Below the pieces are notes generated by a model, which saw only the letters and a list, made by a program, of their open reading frames with translations, was not told the DNA's origin and did not search any database. Made by a program: the position numbers and the translations under genes. Shown here one piece after another: positions 30,091 through 47,172 of a stretch of 64,000 nucleotides of DNA. The DNA comes from the human T2T-CHM13v2.0 reference genome, Homo sapiens: NCBI RefSeq assembly GCF_009914755.1, contig NC_060928.1; one strand, 5' to 3'. Position 1 is the first letter of the stretch; each line of letters opens with the position of its first letter.

Positions 30091-30860
30091 CTGCTTTTTC
30101 CATCATATCCTTACCCCCACAACACAATCACAACATTGTCAACAATGGTAACATCAAGAGCGGCACTATTGAAACCCAAATTGTTCCTGAGGAAAGACCT
30201 TGTATGTTAATATTTTGCCTGAACCTTATGCTTTGGGATTCACTCATCAGCCTGTAACAAGAGACACTGGAAGAAACAACCCCATGATGACACTGGGAGC
30301 TGTATTACAGTAAGGGTTCTGCACAGGACACCATTGTAGTGGCAACTTGAATTCTCTCAGAATAAACTTTTCTCTGAATGAAAACTACCAGACCCGCCTA
30401 GGAAATTTGGCACTGCTGTCTTGTTAATGTGCAGGATTTTAAAGCAGATGTGTTATGTTCTCAGCACAGCCTGGCTGAATCCTAACTTTCATATTTCCAT
30501 TTTTTCCTCTGCCTTGATTGTCTCACAAACCTATTTTTACATTTTACATGGTTTGAATGTGTGAAATATTGTAAGCAAGCTTAAATACATAAATTAATAG
30601 TCAATATTCATTTATGGTTTATAAACTGAAAATAGAGCTTTTTCATGAAAGAACTATGGGCCCCTCCACAGTACATCAAATGAGCATAAATCTAATTAGG
30701 TAAGAGGTAATCATACTTATTTAAGTTTAGCATCGTGGTGATCTTCACCTCTGATGAGTTTAAACTTAAGTTGCCATTTATGTGATGGCCCTCGGTCAAG
30801 TATTACTGGGCAGAGCACCACAGTTCACTTGATACAGGACAGAGTAGAAAACCCATAAGT

Positions 30861-31170
30861 GGCTGGGCACAGTGGCTCACGCCTATAATCCCAGCACTTT
30901 GGGAGGCTGAGACAGGCAGATTGCTTGAGTTCACCAGTTCGAGACCAGCCTGGGCAACATGGAGGGACCCCTATTTCTACTAAAAATACAAAAATTAGCC
31001 AGGGATGGTGGTGCATGCCAGTAATCCCAGCTACATGGGGGGGAGGCTGAGGCAGGAAAATCACCTGAACCCAGGAGACAGGTTGCAATGAGCCGAGATT
31101 GTGCTATTGCACTCCCGTCTGGGACAGGGCAAGACTTTCTCTCAAAAAATAACAAAAACCAAAAACTAAA
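30861..31170 (+). mobile_element. AluS-like
   Basis: Full dimeric Alu with A-rich tail. Confidence 0.88.
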
Positions 31171-31940
31171 AACCCCACAAACTTCTGCAACATTAGCAAG
31201 GGGCTTCTAATGATAAGGATCAGCCTGTACAGAGAGAATTTGAAAATTCAACCTTTTTTGTTCTCATTATGATGCATATCTTTATGAGTCAATCTTTACA
31301 AGTTAGGTGGGGTTCCTTCGGTACACACATATGAGTTCAGTTAGCTACAGAATTATAGGTGAACTGCTCTTGAATATTATTACATGAGGGTGAAAAGGTA
31401 CCTTGGATAAATAATGTTGACCTAGAAGAAGAGTTTGTTTTTTTATTTGAAAATAGATTGAAAAGCCATGAAGTAAATAGCAAAGTTTATAGAACATACT
31501 GCAAAGAAAGGGGTCTTATACCTATATGTACTTAATGTTTGTGTGCTGAAAAAGAATATATCTACTCAAACACATATAATTATATATATATATGAAATTG
31601 GCACAACAATGGTCTCTGCAAATTACTGAAAATTGAAGGCTTATTAACTAAAAATTCATTATTTGAAACTATGCAGCTCTTAAAGTTCAGCTTTAGCAAG
31701 TCAATGTAGTGTGGAATGTAGACTGGCAATTTTAAGTATATATTGTGCTTGCTATTAATGAATACATAGAAATGAAAGATAAAAGAATAGCTTTCTATCC
31801 TTGTGCCTCCTTTGATTACAGTTTGAAACTGATTTTGAATTCAATTAAATCTTTGACTGAAACATTTGCTTTTTGTTCTTTTTAAACATGATTAAAAGTA
31901 TTTTTCTTTATAATTAATAAAAAATCAATTCTTCAGAATT

Positions 31941-32400
31941 TGTGGCAGTGGATGTTGTGGTATGCTACCAGGATCCCCTTTCAGGCCTGGTCCCACCTGT
32001 TGGAAGTGTTGACGGTGAAAGTCTCAGCTTCTCTCTCCTGGAATCACCCTCAGTGGTGCAGAGCTGACTTGGCCCTGGTTACACATGCTGGTGGGGTAGG
32101 GAGTAAAGGAGGGTCTTCATCCACTGACTAGTCTATGTAGGGGAATACAGGTCTGCTCACCCCTTCAGCCTCAGGGTGCTATAACTCTGAAGGGCCATGT
32201 GAGCTTCAGATTCCTATGGAGTCATCATGTGTTGTATTTGCTCTGCAGGTCAATTTCTCCCTCTGCCCAACCATTGCCTTTATTCCTCCACCTGATATCC
32301 TAGTACCCTTAGCATATTGTTCCTAAGGGCACCCCTCAATACACTGGCTGCATGTATGACTCCATTTCACAGTATTTCATGGAGATTCCACTTAAGACAA
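31941..32400 (+). mobile_element. ERVL LTR (LTR33-like)
   Basis: Starts tgtggcagtggatgttgtggtatgctaccaggatcccctttcagg; internal ataactctgaagggcca and tctccctctgcccaa; ends ...cttaagaca. Confidence 0.55.
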
Positions 32401-32769
32401 AGAGAAAATCTATTTAGACATTCTCAGAGAGGAAAGATTAATGTCGAGCATTTGAACAAACTTCACTGGGAATTCTTTATAACAGTTTTAATTCAAGAAA
32501 ATTGTTAAACATCTGTGATACTCTAGGTATTGTGCTAAGCAGGAGAGATATAAAATTAAGTACAATAGAATTCTTGATCTCATGGAACTCACTGGCATGA
32601 AACACAAATTTTACGAGTGAATATAATTGAAATGAGACAAGCACTATATTAGGAGTATGGACAAACTGCTCTGAAAGTATTGAGAAAGGAATGCCCAGCC
32701 TCCTCCCTCTGTGAGGCAGGAATGGCTTCACTAAAGACATTTGAAAGAAATCCTTGATAAGGCTTAGCC

Positions 32770-33900
<1,131 letters not shown>

Positions 33901-34089
33901 AAATACATACAAACATATACATATATATGTTGTGAAAGGTAGTAAGATAAGGGTGCAATGCTTCAGCATGAAGAATAGCTGAAAGGCATGGAAATCAAAG
34001 TAGTTTTAATCTAGTGTGATTACAATGTAGAAATCCTTACCCTTCCGAGCTAGAAACATAGGTTGGATATGTAAACCACAAAATGTAGT

Positions 34090-34502
34090 TGTTATTGGCT
34101 GAACTACATCCCACTCCCCCAAATTCTGATGGGGAAGCCCTAACCCTCAGTTCCTCAGGATGTGACTATATTGGGATATAAGACTTTTAAAGAGGTGATC
34201 AAGTTAAAATGAAGCTGTTAGGGTGGGCCCCAACCCAATCTGACTGGTGTCCTTATAAGAAGAAGAAATTTGGACACACAGAGACACCAGGGATGTGCAC
34301 ACACACAGAGTAAAGACTATGTGAAGACACAGTGAGAAAGAGGCCACCAGCAAGCCAAGAAGAGCGGCCTCAGGAGAAACCAAACCTGCTGACACCTTGA
34401 GATTGCACTTCCAGCCTTCAGAACTGTGAGAAAATAAATTTCTATTGTTTAAGCCATCCAATCCGTGGTGTTTTATTATGGGAGCCCTAGAAAACTAATT
34501 CA
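34090..34502 (+). mobile_element. MLT1A/B-like MaLR LTR
   Basis: ggtgggccccaacccaatctgactggtgtccttataagaaga...cagaactgtgagaaaataaatttc...gccctagaaaactaattca. Confidence 0.85.
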
Positions 34503-34585
34503 ATGATATATGCCATTATAAGGAATTTTGCCTATCTCACATGTCACTATAAAATGTGAAGCAGGAATGGAGGCAAGATGAGAGG

Positions 34586-34928
34586 TGTATTCATCTGTTC
34601 TCATGCTGCTAATAAAGACATGCCCCAGATTGGGTAATTTATAAAGGAAAGAGGCTTAATGGACTCACAGTTCCACAGGGCTGCGGAGGCCTCATAATCA
34701 TGGTGGAAGATGAAGGAAGAGCAAGGAACATCTTACATGGTGGCAGGCAAGAGGGCATGTACAAGGGAACTCCCCTTTATAAAAGCATCAGATCTCCTGA
34801 GACTTATTCACCATCATAGAACAGCATAGGGAAAATCCACCCCCATGATTCAGTTAACTCCCACAACACATGGGGATGATTACAATTCAAGGTGAGATTT
34901 GGGTGGGACACAGAACCAAACCTTATCA
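34586..34928 (-). mobile_element. THE1/MST-type MaLR solo LTR
   Basis: TG...CA ends; gggtaatttataaaggaaagagg; 5-bp TSD agagg at 34581-34585 and 34929-34933. Confidence 0.88.
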
Positions 34929-35789
34929 AGAGGAGACCTAAGTTTTAGAAAGACTGTGTTTGTGGTAACAGGGAGGAAGGGCTGGAATAGAGAACAGACT
35001 TGAGCCATGGAGACTAACTGGAAGATCTGCAATGGTCCACATCTAAATGAAGAAGCAAGGGAGTCAGAGACAAGTATAGAACTGGGGAATGCTTTAGAAG
35101 CAGGATTGATGGGACTTAGAGCTAAGTGATATTGGCATCCAACACAAAATAGAATTAGTAAAATGCAAAGATGTAAAGGGTTCAGAAAAGAAAATATATG
35201 GATTTCAGCGCTTTCTCATGTATGAGAACATTTCTCAATATGAAACCTTGAGACAGGTTACGTGGCATCCATGTTGCTTAAGACAGACAGAATATTTACT
35301 GAGGAAAGGGCTCTGCAAGCTGCAGCCTCCTTCTCCCTCGTGGTGATAACATGCATATTAGTGTATTAAATCATCTGAGAAGTTTTGCAATGAAGCTTCT
35401 ATAACTTTGTCAAAAAATATATTTCTTACATTTATTTGATTATGGAAGCCTTTTTTGCAAGGTACCTTTTAACCTCTTCCTGAACATGTATGCTCTAGAA
35501 ATTAACACAATTTGGAAAACAGTGCTGTGTGTGGTCCAATGTACTAGAATGGTTCCAAAATAAATAGAGAAGCTTTATCTTGGTAATCTCTATTTTGAAC
35601 AGGAAAACGACTCAACTTTGTCTTAAAGTGGTAGAATGAACTCATTCAAGGAATGATATATGCCATTGTAAGGATTGATTTTCCTACAGTCTAATTCCTA
35701 CTAGATTTTTTACAAAATCAAAATCTTTGGAAAGTAACACAGTTCTTTCACATCCCTAAAGAAAAATTACTCAGTGCCTTAAAACAAAA

Positions 35790-36185
35790 AATAAAAGGAA
35801 AAAAATTGAACTCACAGACATAGAGAATAAAAGATAGTTACTAGAGGCTGGGAAGGGTAGTGGCAGGGTTTTGCGGGGAGGTGGGGATGATTAATGAGTA
35901 CAGAAAAATAGAAGGAATGAATAAGACCTACTATTTGATAGTACAACAGGGTGACTATGGTCAATAATAACTTAATTGTTCATTTTAAAATAACTAAAAG
36001 AGTATAACTGAATTGTTTGTAACACAAAAGGATAAATGCCAGAGGGGTGGATACCTCATTCCCCATGATGTGATTATTAGGCATTGCATGCCTATATCAA
36101 AACATCTCACATACCATGTAAATATATACACCTACTATGTACCCACAAAAATTAAAAAATAAAAAAGAAAATTAAAAATAAAATG
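35790..36185 (+). mobile_element. L1MA-type 3' UTR fragment
   Basis: gaatgaataagacctactatttgatagtacaacagggtgacta...cacctactatgtacccacaaaaattaaaaaataaaaaa. Confidence 0.8.
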
Positions 36186-36186
36186 A

Positions 36187-36554
<368 letters not shown>

Positions 36555-36665
36555 TTTCCAGGATTTTTGACCAGTTTTCTTTGGTGCTGGAGTAGTCACA
36601 GTGTAAACTTTCCCTTATGTGTATCAACTTCTGAGACCCAAGGTGCTTATTGTACAATGACTCAC

Positions 36666-36809
36666 ATGCAATGCGCACATACGCCTTCCGGCTCTTTGTG
36701 GTACCCGCGGAGCTCCAGGCCACACACTGGCACCAGTAATCTTCAGGTCCAAAGAGTTCTTCCACTTGCTGGCGCGAAATCTCAATGCTCACTTCCCGGA
36801 CAATGAGAC
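36666..36809 (-). CDS. UNC5C: UNC5C internal coding exon (probably exon 3; C-terminal half of Ig-like domain 1), 144 nt, phase 1-1
   Basis: Minus strand reads (G)[47 protein letters not shown](Y), the UNC5-family Ig1 motif in its UNC5C form. Acceptor ...tctttctttttctcttgtcag| and donor GCAT|gtgagt. Exon number is from recall of the gene structure. Confidence 0.96.
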
Positions 36810-38231
36810 CTGACAAGAGAAAAAGAAAGATTTAAGTCAACACAAGATTCATACTAAAGAAATATAAACCATCACATCATATTTTTCCCCCAGTCATCCC
36901 TTTTGATGCCATAGATCAACAACCCAGATATTGTCTCTCATCTCTTTTGACTTTCTTCTCGTTCCAGTTATTTTACTCAACAACTTTTTCATTCTCTTAT
37001 TTGCTATTTCACATCTTCTGGATTATTCTGAGGATGAAAGTAGAAGGGCTCTATCACTCCACAAAGTAATTCCTTTCCCAATACAGCTTGCTATTTTTTA
37101 ACCTTCCTCTCTATATTGAAATATAAACTTGAGTTTCACATCTTCTAGGGTTTTTACCTCAATTATATAGTTGTGGGTAAAATAAACGTATGTACACAGA
37201 TTTACAAAGCTAAAACCAACAGTCATTGTGATTATTTAATAACTAAATTACTTTAGCAGTTGTGTTTCAATTAAATGGCACATCGTTTTTCTTGAAACAG
37301 ATACTAACCTTTGTTAACAAGCTTCTGGTATCGTATCCGAAGAATATATAACTTTAAAGTTTTCATGCATAATAGTTTGAAAGCCCAAAATGTTTCTCTG
37401 TAATTGTAATATACTAAAACCCTGTTAAAGGTAAAGTAGCCTCCTGCTAAAATGCTCAAATAATTGGAATTTATTTCACAGCATTATGTAATCTTGAATA
37501 ACAAAAAATTGAACTAAGCATCTGGGATTATCATTTTAGAGGTATTTATCTTGAATTATCAAGGCTGTTTCAGACATTCATTCTTCAATGTGCCTCTTTG
37601 CCCTGAGCAAGAGGGGTTATCTGAACAACATATGTGGGCAACTGCCAGTTCTCCCAGAGCTTGAACTCACACACTTCCAGCATGGAGTGTCCATTGAGGG
37701 AACCAGCAGAACACCCCTAGGGAGGAGGAGAATTTGCTTTGGGTCAAGTATAGGTATAGTAAGAATGATTAAATATATTGTTTTGCACTATTCATATGTC
37801 CATCTATTCATTTATTCTTTGAATAAATATTTATTTAGTATCAATTATGTAAAAGATAATGTATCAGCACTTGTGAAAGTAATCAGTAAGATAGTCCTTC
37901 CCCTCAATGAACTTATGTTATTGTGAAGAGGTATCATGTTAACAATGCATTATACAACTTATTATTTAGGTTCAATTGCATTCAATGCTGCAAAGGTGGG
38001 CATAGGAATGAGTGTGAGTAATCAGGGAACCCAATCTAGTGTGAAGGATCCAGTATGAGTTAGCTTGGTTCAATCATATGGTGAGCAGGAGGGACAGGAC
38101 ATATGGGAAAGAGCAGGAAAGGGAATTAGGAGTTTGAGAATTTAGGAGAAGACAACTGAGCACCAACCACAGAGAATAGTGGCATGAGATGAAGCTAGAG
38201 ACAAGAAAGGGTCTAGTTTACATAGTTGTGC

Positions 38232-38782
<551 letters not shown>

Positions 38783-41161
38783 TTAAGCAAGTAGATGACA
38801 TGATCAGATGAGAATTAAATATATACATATATGATATATAAAATAGATATGTGTGTATGTGTATGTGTACATGTGTATATCTGTGTGTATGTGTATGTGT
38901 ATTCAATTCTTTATAGTTTAATAAGTTCATAAAAGTTATAATTTCTCAAAATGTTTGATTATAGGTGACAGGAGAGGGTATATTTTCTGGAACTCCTTAA
39001 AAACTGTATTTTAGAACTTTCCTTAACACCTAGAAAATATTCAAATGACTAAACACACTCAGGGAAATGAACAACTACCCAATGGGAGTAGGAGCTGTCC
39101 CACTGGGCGAACAAACAATATTTCCTATCAAGAGCTGATGAGGCTTGTGTCATAGAAACTACTAAGCTCATAGGCCCATTAATGACTAGCTAAATGGTAA
39201 TGAAGCCCAAGACGGTGGGTTTTATAATCCCAAGGCGTGACAGGATCCTGAGGGGCAACTCTATTGTGAAAAGCTTATGAAGTACATTCAAAATTATTTC
39301 AATGTTTTGAAAATTAGCAATCCTTGTATGTTTATATATTAACCAGTTTAAAAAGAATTTCCAAGTAAGTGGCATATTCCAATCCATCACCCTTCTATGG
39401 AAAGAAGATTAGTATATTATTTTAGCCAATGTCTAACTAATGTAACAATCCTCTCAGCAACAATCCTAGGCCATTAACAAATAACACCACTTTGCCTCCT
39501 CTTTCCTGGTCCCTACTCAGGCCTCTCATTTTCTTATCTTATTGTATTTTTTCACATTATTCCAATTCTGGAAATCTATGGGAAGATGGAATCACAACCT
39601 CTTTCCCCAGTCCCCATATCTTTCTCTCTCTCTCTTTTTTTCCCCCTACTCTCTGATGTTTGATGGTTTTTCCCTGCTTTACTTATTTATACATTCCCTC
39701 TTCATGGGGAAATTCAGTTACTGGAAACAAACCTCTTCCTTTAAGATTACTGTAGTAACTTACAGTCACCAAAGGGCTGATAAATTTGCAATATGTGTTT
39801 CCTTAGAACTATAATGGTTCTTTATACGATGCAGAGCAGCAACTAATATGCTCAGGATATTAAAACCACATCCAAATATTTGGTGTCCCAAGATGATAAC
39901 TTCAGGTCTCATTCTCCCCCACTTTTACTTAAAGCAATTACAGGAAGCCTAATTAAATGCTTGAGGAATTCAGTAGGTCCACTGTATCCTTTAGCTCAAA
40001 TAGGCTCATGGATGGTTCTACTGACCACAAATCTGAAGCCTTTTTAAAAGCCACAGACCAACCCTCCTGCTACAGGAGTTATTCATAGTCTGAATGCTCT
40101 GAATTGTTTGGCTCAGGCTCCCTGTGGGCACTGGAGTCAAGCACACACTGATTTTTGTATTCAGCTTCACAGATGTCCCATTCAGGAGGAGCTGAGTTGT
40201 GTACAGTTGTCCTATTACATAGCCCAAAGTTTACATTCCAACTTTTGGTCAACAACACAAGAATAAGAAAGAACTGAAGCATGAAGTATCTAAATACTTA
40301 TGACTCAGAAGAATTCCGTAGAATTGACTGCATTATTCAGACTCTGAGCTACTTGGTTACATGCCATATTTTCATAACCATAGGTAAGTTTATTACCTAT
40401 GAGAGTTTGTTCATCAGACCAGAGCCTAGTGGTTTGGGTAAAAGTAGATAATATTTTTTCTCTTTGAACCTATAATTTCAAATCTGCTTGAAGTCTGGAG
40501 ATGGAAAAAGCAAACTATCTTGAATTTGAAATGCCATCAGCATTACTTCTAAGGTGGGTTGCTTTGAAGAGCATTTGGGAACCTGAAATTGGTTTCAGGT
40601 TATTTAAGGGTGGGGGAAATGCTTTGGTCTACAGGACTTACTCAAATACAAATGTGTAGTTTCCATCACATCTGATAACATCAAAGATTTCCCATCATGC
40701 TGCTTCCTTTAATAGTGGCATCTCAAGGATGCATGCTGTTTGAAGTTTGCAGTGATTTGTTTTTATAATAGGATTTGTTGTAGTTTGGGAGCCAGAGTGC
40801 AGGAAAGTAATTAGCATGTTATTCCAAGAAGTCTTATGATGAGTATGAGTGTGCACTTGTTAATAATACATTTCAAATGAATATAGAAATTCAGATTCAA
40901 ATGCAACCTTCTGATTGGATCTTTGTGAGGTCATACATGAATATGGCAATAAGACCTGATAATGACATGACATTTATTTCTTATTTTTAGCATATGCTTA
41001 ATTTCATAATAGTGGTAAGGCACCACAAATACTGTTTTTCTAGGATACTACCATAAAGTGAGCACAAATACATGCTTAATCCAATTAAATGATTACTTAA
41101 AATAATATCTGTATTTCCCCAAAATGTAATCTACAGTGCTATCAAATAAAGTAAGTATTAA

Positions 41162-41560
<399 letters not shown>

Positions 41561-42471
41561 TCTTCATGTATTTTATAAACATATCTTGTTTATTAGGTGA
41601 CACTGAAAAAAATCACACATCATCTTAAAACACATTTTCATGATAGTGAATTTGCGCCTTCTGATACTCCATGTATATTTCTTTCAAAAGTATCCTAACT
41701 CAACTTTAGACTTAGGTATTATGTATGCCTGAGTTGATTCCTCTCCATGGCTTTATCTTTCTTATGGCAAAAGGAAGTTTTAAGATATCATGTTGTGCAG
41801 GCCTGGCAATTTGGCTTTCTCCAGCAATCTCTCTAATTGGAGAAGAACTGCAGAGCTCCCTCCACCAAATTTCATTATAGTACATTCACAGTTAGGACAC
41901 AGGTTGGTAAGAAATATACAAAGCTGCAGGTTGGGATGTTCTGGAATATATTACAAAGTTTTATTGAATTAGTGTGATCTTTTGATTCTTTCTTCCAGTG
42001 CTTCATTCTATTATAAGCTTTTACTAGTATTATTTAAAATATGAAACATATCAGTTCTAGATGTCTTAATATTAATTAAATCACAAAACACCCTGTCATT
42101 ATTTAGAAGGATGTCATACTATAAAAACTGATTATTATTTCAGCATCTTATAACTCTCGTTAAAGTAATTAAAGTGTGATAACTTAAAAGGCAGAATTTC
42201 AGAATCAAGACTTCATGTGTTACATGAAGTCACTTAACAATCTTTAACTACTATAGCAGGAAGACATTGTATACACAAAATTTACCTACTCTTTGAAATG
42301 TTTTAATTAAATTTTTAATATAATGTTTAATATATAAGCAAACTATATAATTTAACTAAAATTATTCTATGCAAGTGGGAATTGCAACTTGCTGGTGTAT
42401 TAGCTTTATTATGAGTATAATTTTGTTAAAGTTACAGCTACTATCTTTGTGATTAAGATGAATGTAAGAAA

Positions 42472-43811
42472 CGCAACACTTACAGAGACTGAATCATGAA
42501 GGAATAGAAAACCTGAACAGACCAATCAATGATCAGTAAGATGATTAAATCAGAAATAAAAAGTTTCCCATCAAATAAAGGCCCAGGACCTGCACTTTTA
42601 TTTAAGAAGAACTAAACTTAACCTTTCTCAAACTCTTCCAAAAAATTAAAGAAAAGAGACTACTTCCAAATTCATGTTACAAAGCCAGCATTATCCTCTT
42701 ACCAAAACCTGCTGAGGACACTACAAGAAAAGAAAAGTACAGGCCAATAACCCTGATAAACAAAGATGCAAAAATCATCAACAAAATACTAACAAACCAA
42801 ATGCAACAGCACATTAAAAGGATCATGCACCCTTATCAAGTGGGATATATCCCTGGGATGCAAGGATGTTTCAACATTTACAAATCGATCAATGTAATAC
42901 ATCACATCAACAAAATGAAGGATAAAAATCATACGATCATCTTAATAGCTGTAGAAAGAACATTTGACAAAATTCAACATCCTTTAATGAGAAAAACTCT
43001 CAACAAATTGGATAGAAAATGAATGCTCAACACAATAAAGCTATATATGACAAGCCCAGACCTGGCATTACGTTCAACAGTGAAAAGTTGAAAGTTTTTC
43101 CTCTAAGATCAGGAACAAGACAAGGATGCCCACTCTTGCCATTTCTATTCAACATAGTACTGTCTTAGATGGATCAATTATGCAAGAGGAAAAAAATTCT
43201 AAATCACAAAGGAAGAAGGAAATTGTCTCTGCTTGCAGATGATGTGCTGTTACATTTGGAGAATCCTATAAATTAAACAAAACGGTTAAAATTAATAAAT
43301 GAATTCAGTACAGTTGCAGGACACAAAATCAACATATAAATATCAGTAATGATTCTATACATGAATAATAAACTTTCCCAAAAAGAAACAAAGAAAATAA
43401 TCCCATGTATAATAGCTATAAAAATAATAAAATACATAGAAATAAATTTAACCAAAGAGATGAAAGAGCTGTACACTGCAAACAATAAAACATGAAAGAA
43501 ATAAATTGAAGAAGAAAAACATTAATGGAAGGCCAGGTGCGGTGGCTCACGCCTGTAATCCCAGCACTTCGGGAGGCTGAGGCGGGCAGATCACCTGAGG
43601 TCAGGAGTTTGAAACCAGCCTGGCCAAGATGGTGAAACTCTGTCTCTACTAAAAACACAAAAATAAGTTGGGCATGGTGGCAGGCCCCTGTAATCCCAGC
43701 TGCTTGGGAGGCTGAGGCAGAGAATTGCTTGAACCTGAGAGGTGGAGGTTTCAGTGATTCGAGATTGTGCCACTGCACTCCAGCCTGGCTGACAGAGTGA
43801 GACTCTGTCTC

Positions 43812-43844
<33 letters not shown>

Positions 43845-45625
43845 AAGAAAAACATGAATGGAAAGATATGTTCATGGATTAGAAAAACTAATATTGTTAA
43901 AATGTTCATATTACCCAAAGTGGTCTACAAATTTAATGAAATCCATATCAAAACTCCAATGACAATTTTCACAGGATTAGAAAAACAATCTTAAAATTCA
44001 TATAGAATCACAAAAGACCCTGAATAGCTAATGCAATCTTGAGCAAAAAGAACAAAGCTGGAGGCATCACACTACTTGATCTCCATATCTACTATAAAGT
44101 TACAGTATCAAAATAGCATAATGCTAGCATGAAAACAGACACACAGACCAATGGAACAAAATAGCTCGCCCAGAAATAAATCCATATGTTTATGGTCAAT
44201 TGATTTTTGACAGAGATGCCAAGAATACACAATGGGGAAAGGACGGTCTCTTCAATAAATAGTGTTGGGACAACTGGATATCCCTAGGCAGAAGAATGAA
44301 ATTAGACCCTTAACTCATACCATATACAAAAACCAACTCAAAATAGATTAAAAATTTAAATATAAACCCTGAAACTGTAAAACCGCTAGAAAAAAACATA
44401 GAGGAAAAGCTCCTTGACATTAGTTTAGGCAATGATTTTTTTAATATGACCCCAAAAACACAGGCAGCAAAAGCAAAAATAGACAAATAGGAATACATCA
44501 AACTAAAAAGCTTCTGCACAGCAAGGAAATAATCAACAAAGTGAAGAGACAACTTATGGAATGAGAGAAAACATTTGTAAACCATACATCTGATAAAGGG
44601 TCAATAGATAAAATATATAAGGAACTCAGTCAACTCAAGAGCAAGAAAAAGAACCCAATTAAAAAACTGGGCAGAGGATCCCAAAAGACACGTTTCAAAA
44701 GAAGACATACAAATGGCCAAGGGTATATTAAAATATGTCCAACATCACTAATCCTCAGGGAAATACAAGTTAAAACAATGAGATATCACCTCACACCTGG
44801 AAGAATGGCTACTATCAAAAAGACAAAAGATAACAAGTGTTGGCAAAGGATATGGGGCAAAGGGAACCCTTGCACTCTGTTGGTGGGAATGTAAATTAAT
44901 ACAGCCATATGAAAAACTGTATGAAGTTTCCTTAAAACAAAACAAAACAGAAATAAAACTACCATATGATCCAGCAGTTCCACTAATAAGTGTATACCCA
45001 AAGTAAATGAATCAGTATTTGAAAGGGATATCTGCTCCCCTACATTCGCTGCAGCACTTGGCTATTCACAATAGCCAAGACATGGGATTAACCTAAGTGT
45101 CCATCAATAGATGAGTGGTGGTAGAAAATGTGGTACATATACACAGGGGAAAACGTTCAACCTTAAAAACAAAGGAAATATTTTGATTTGCCACAACTTG
45201 GATGAGCCTGGAGAACATTATGTTAAATGAAATGAGCCAGGCACAGGAAGACAAATACTGCATGATCACACTTATATGTGGATTCTAAAAAAGGTGAAAC
45301 CATAGAAGCAGAGCAAAAATGGTGGTTCACAGAGGGTAGGGGGTCCCAAGATGGGTGACTGGGAAAATGTTGGTCAAAGGATATTAAATTTCAGTTAGAC
45401 AGGGAGAGTAAGTTCAAGAGATGTGCAACATGATGAACACAGTTGATGGTAATGTGTTGTGTACTTGAAATTTGCCAAGACAGTAGATTTTAAGTGTTCT
45501 CATTACAAAAAAAATGAGAAATATATGAGGTGATGTATATGTTAATTAGCTTGATTTAGCCATTCCATGATATATATTTCAAAACATCATGTTATTCACC
45601 ATAAATATACACAATTCTGTTAATA
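42472..45625 (+). mobile_element. 5'-truncated old L1 (L1MA-like), decayed ORF2 plus 3' UTR
   Basis: ORF2 RT remnants ([38 protein letters not shown]) with many stops and frameshifts; L1M-type 3' UTR. Confidence 0.9.
43531..43845 (+). mobile_element. AluSx-like nested in L1
   Basis: Long A tail; TSD aagaaaaacat(t/g)aatggaa. Confidence 0.92.
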
Positions 45626-46820
45626 AATGTAGAAGGCTAAATTTATTCAAAGGTTAAATAATTTATATGACTGAAACTGAGTGGTTCAAGGGATTTGCTT
45701 GGAAGCATTTCTAGGTCATTGACTCAATTCCTTTTTATGGCCATAGTTTTTAGGAACTTGGCTCTGTGTGGCAGCCTGTTGTCAAATGAGGATCTGTGCT
45801 TTGTTATATTTTTGTTTTGTCTAGAACTGAGAAGAATATTCACTGGATTGTGTAACTGGGTTGGGGGGGGATTTCTAGTGCTTCTAGAAAGCTCTATGAC
45901 AACTATAGATCAACGCACGGTTTTCTGCCTTAAAACTTGAAATTTTAATTATAAGACAATATTACATAGAATGAAAAATAAAACTTACTCTGGCAATCAT
46001 AACACAGTTTTCCTCTTTCCTTTGTGCGAGCATCAGGTTTTGAGTTTTACAGGAGAACTAGGCCTTCTATTTTTGATTTGACTTTCCAACTAACATCAAA
46101 CTTAGAGTCCATATCTGAGGGATAACTTGAATGGTGGGTGTGCAAAATATTTCTGTTTTACATTTAAAGTTGCAACGAATTGCTAGAAATCAACCTTACA
46201 AGCACTAGCTGTCATTTAATTCTTTTTAACTTTGGTGATTAAAAAAAAATCTTTCAAATGTGTGCAAAGAAGACTTTCTGATACTAAAAGGGCAGCTAAA
46301 ATGCTTTCTGTAATTAACTTATGCCTTGTGTGTCAATATTCTTTGGAATATAAAAAAAACAATTTTGTGAATACATGACAGCACTTTGTTTAATTTGGAA
46401 GGGAACAAAGCATGTTCCACTGAATTAGCAAATGCAACATTCTTCTAAATATTTGTCCTAAAACACCGAATATATTACACATATTTGAATGTATATTCCA
46501 ACATTTTTCTTGGAAAATATAATTCCTAATTATGACCTAAATCTTACTACATGCATGTCTTTGCTTCCTTGTTTCAGGCATTCATGAGTAGTTTTAATAC
46601 AATTTTAATAAAATTTAACAAAATGATGCCTGTTAACGAAAGTGGGGCATAGTAATGTGTTCGTGGAAATCTAGTTAACTATACACTTGTGAATTATAGA
46701 CCTCACTATTAGTCTTGTCCAGTCATTCATTCAATAGATACTTCTTGAGACTTTACTATGTGACAAGAACTTTTCTTTTCCATGTGCTGAGGATACAGTG
46801 CTAAAGAAAGAAGATATCAC

Positions 46821-47172
46821 CTTGGCACACTGGTTCATGCCTATAATTCCAGAGCTTTGGGAGGCCTAGGCAAGAGGATTGCTTGAGGCCAAGAATTCAA
46901 GACCAGCCTGGGCAACATAAAGAGACCCTGTCTCTACAAATAAAAATCAGAAAATTAGCTAGGCACGGTGGTGTATGCCTACAGTACTAGCTGCTCAGGA
47001 GGCTGAGGCAGGAGTATTGCTTGAGCCTAGGAGTTTGACCTTATGGTGAGCTATGATTGCACCATTGCACTCTAGCTTGGGTGACAGAGTGAAATCCAAT
47101 CTCAAAAAACAAACAAACAAACAAAAACAACAACAACAAAAAACAAAAAAACCCCCAAAACCAGAAAAGAAA
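46821..47172 (+). mobile_element. AluJ-like (within an L2 remnant)
   Basis: gaggattgcttgaggccaagaattcaagacc; A/C-rich tail. Confidence 0.85.

Noticed and set aside
39128-39175. Hammerhead-ribozyme-like CTGATGA...GAAAC motif
   Set aside because: Stem II cannot close (no G-C pair before GAAA) and I find no stem III with an NUH cleavage triplet. Other CTGATGA hits (e.g. near 30752) lack GAAA.
40379-40601. Two 9-bp hairpins (cataggtaa/ttacctatg and aacctgaaa/tttcaggtt)
   Set aside because: A few 9-bp stems are expected by chance in 64 kb of AT-rich sequence, and nothing else supports them.
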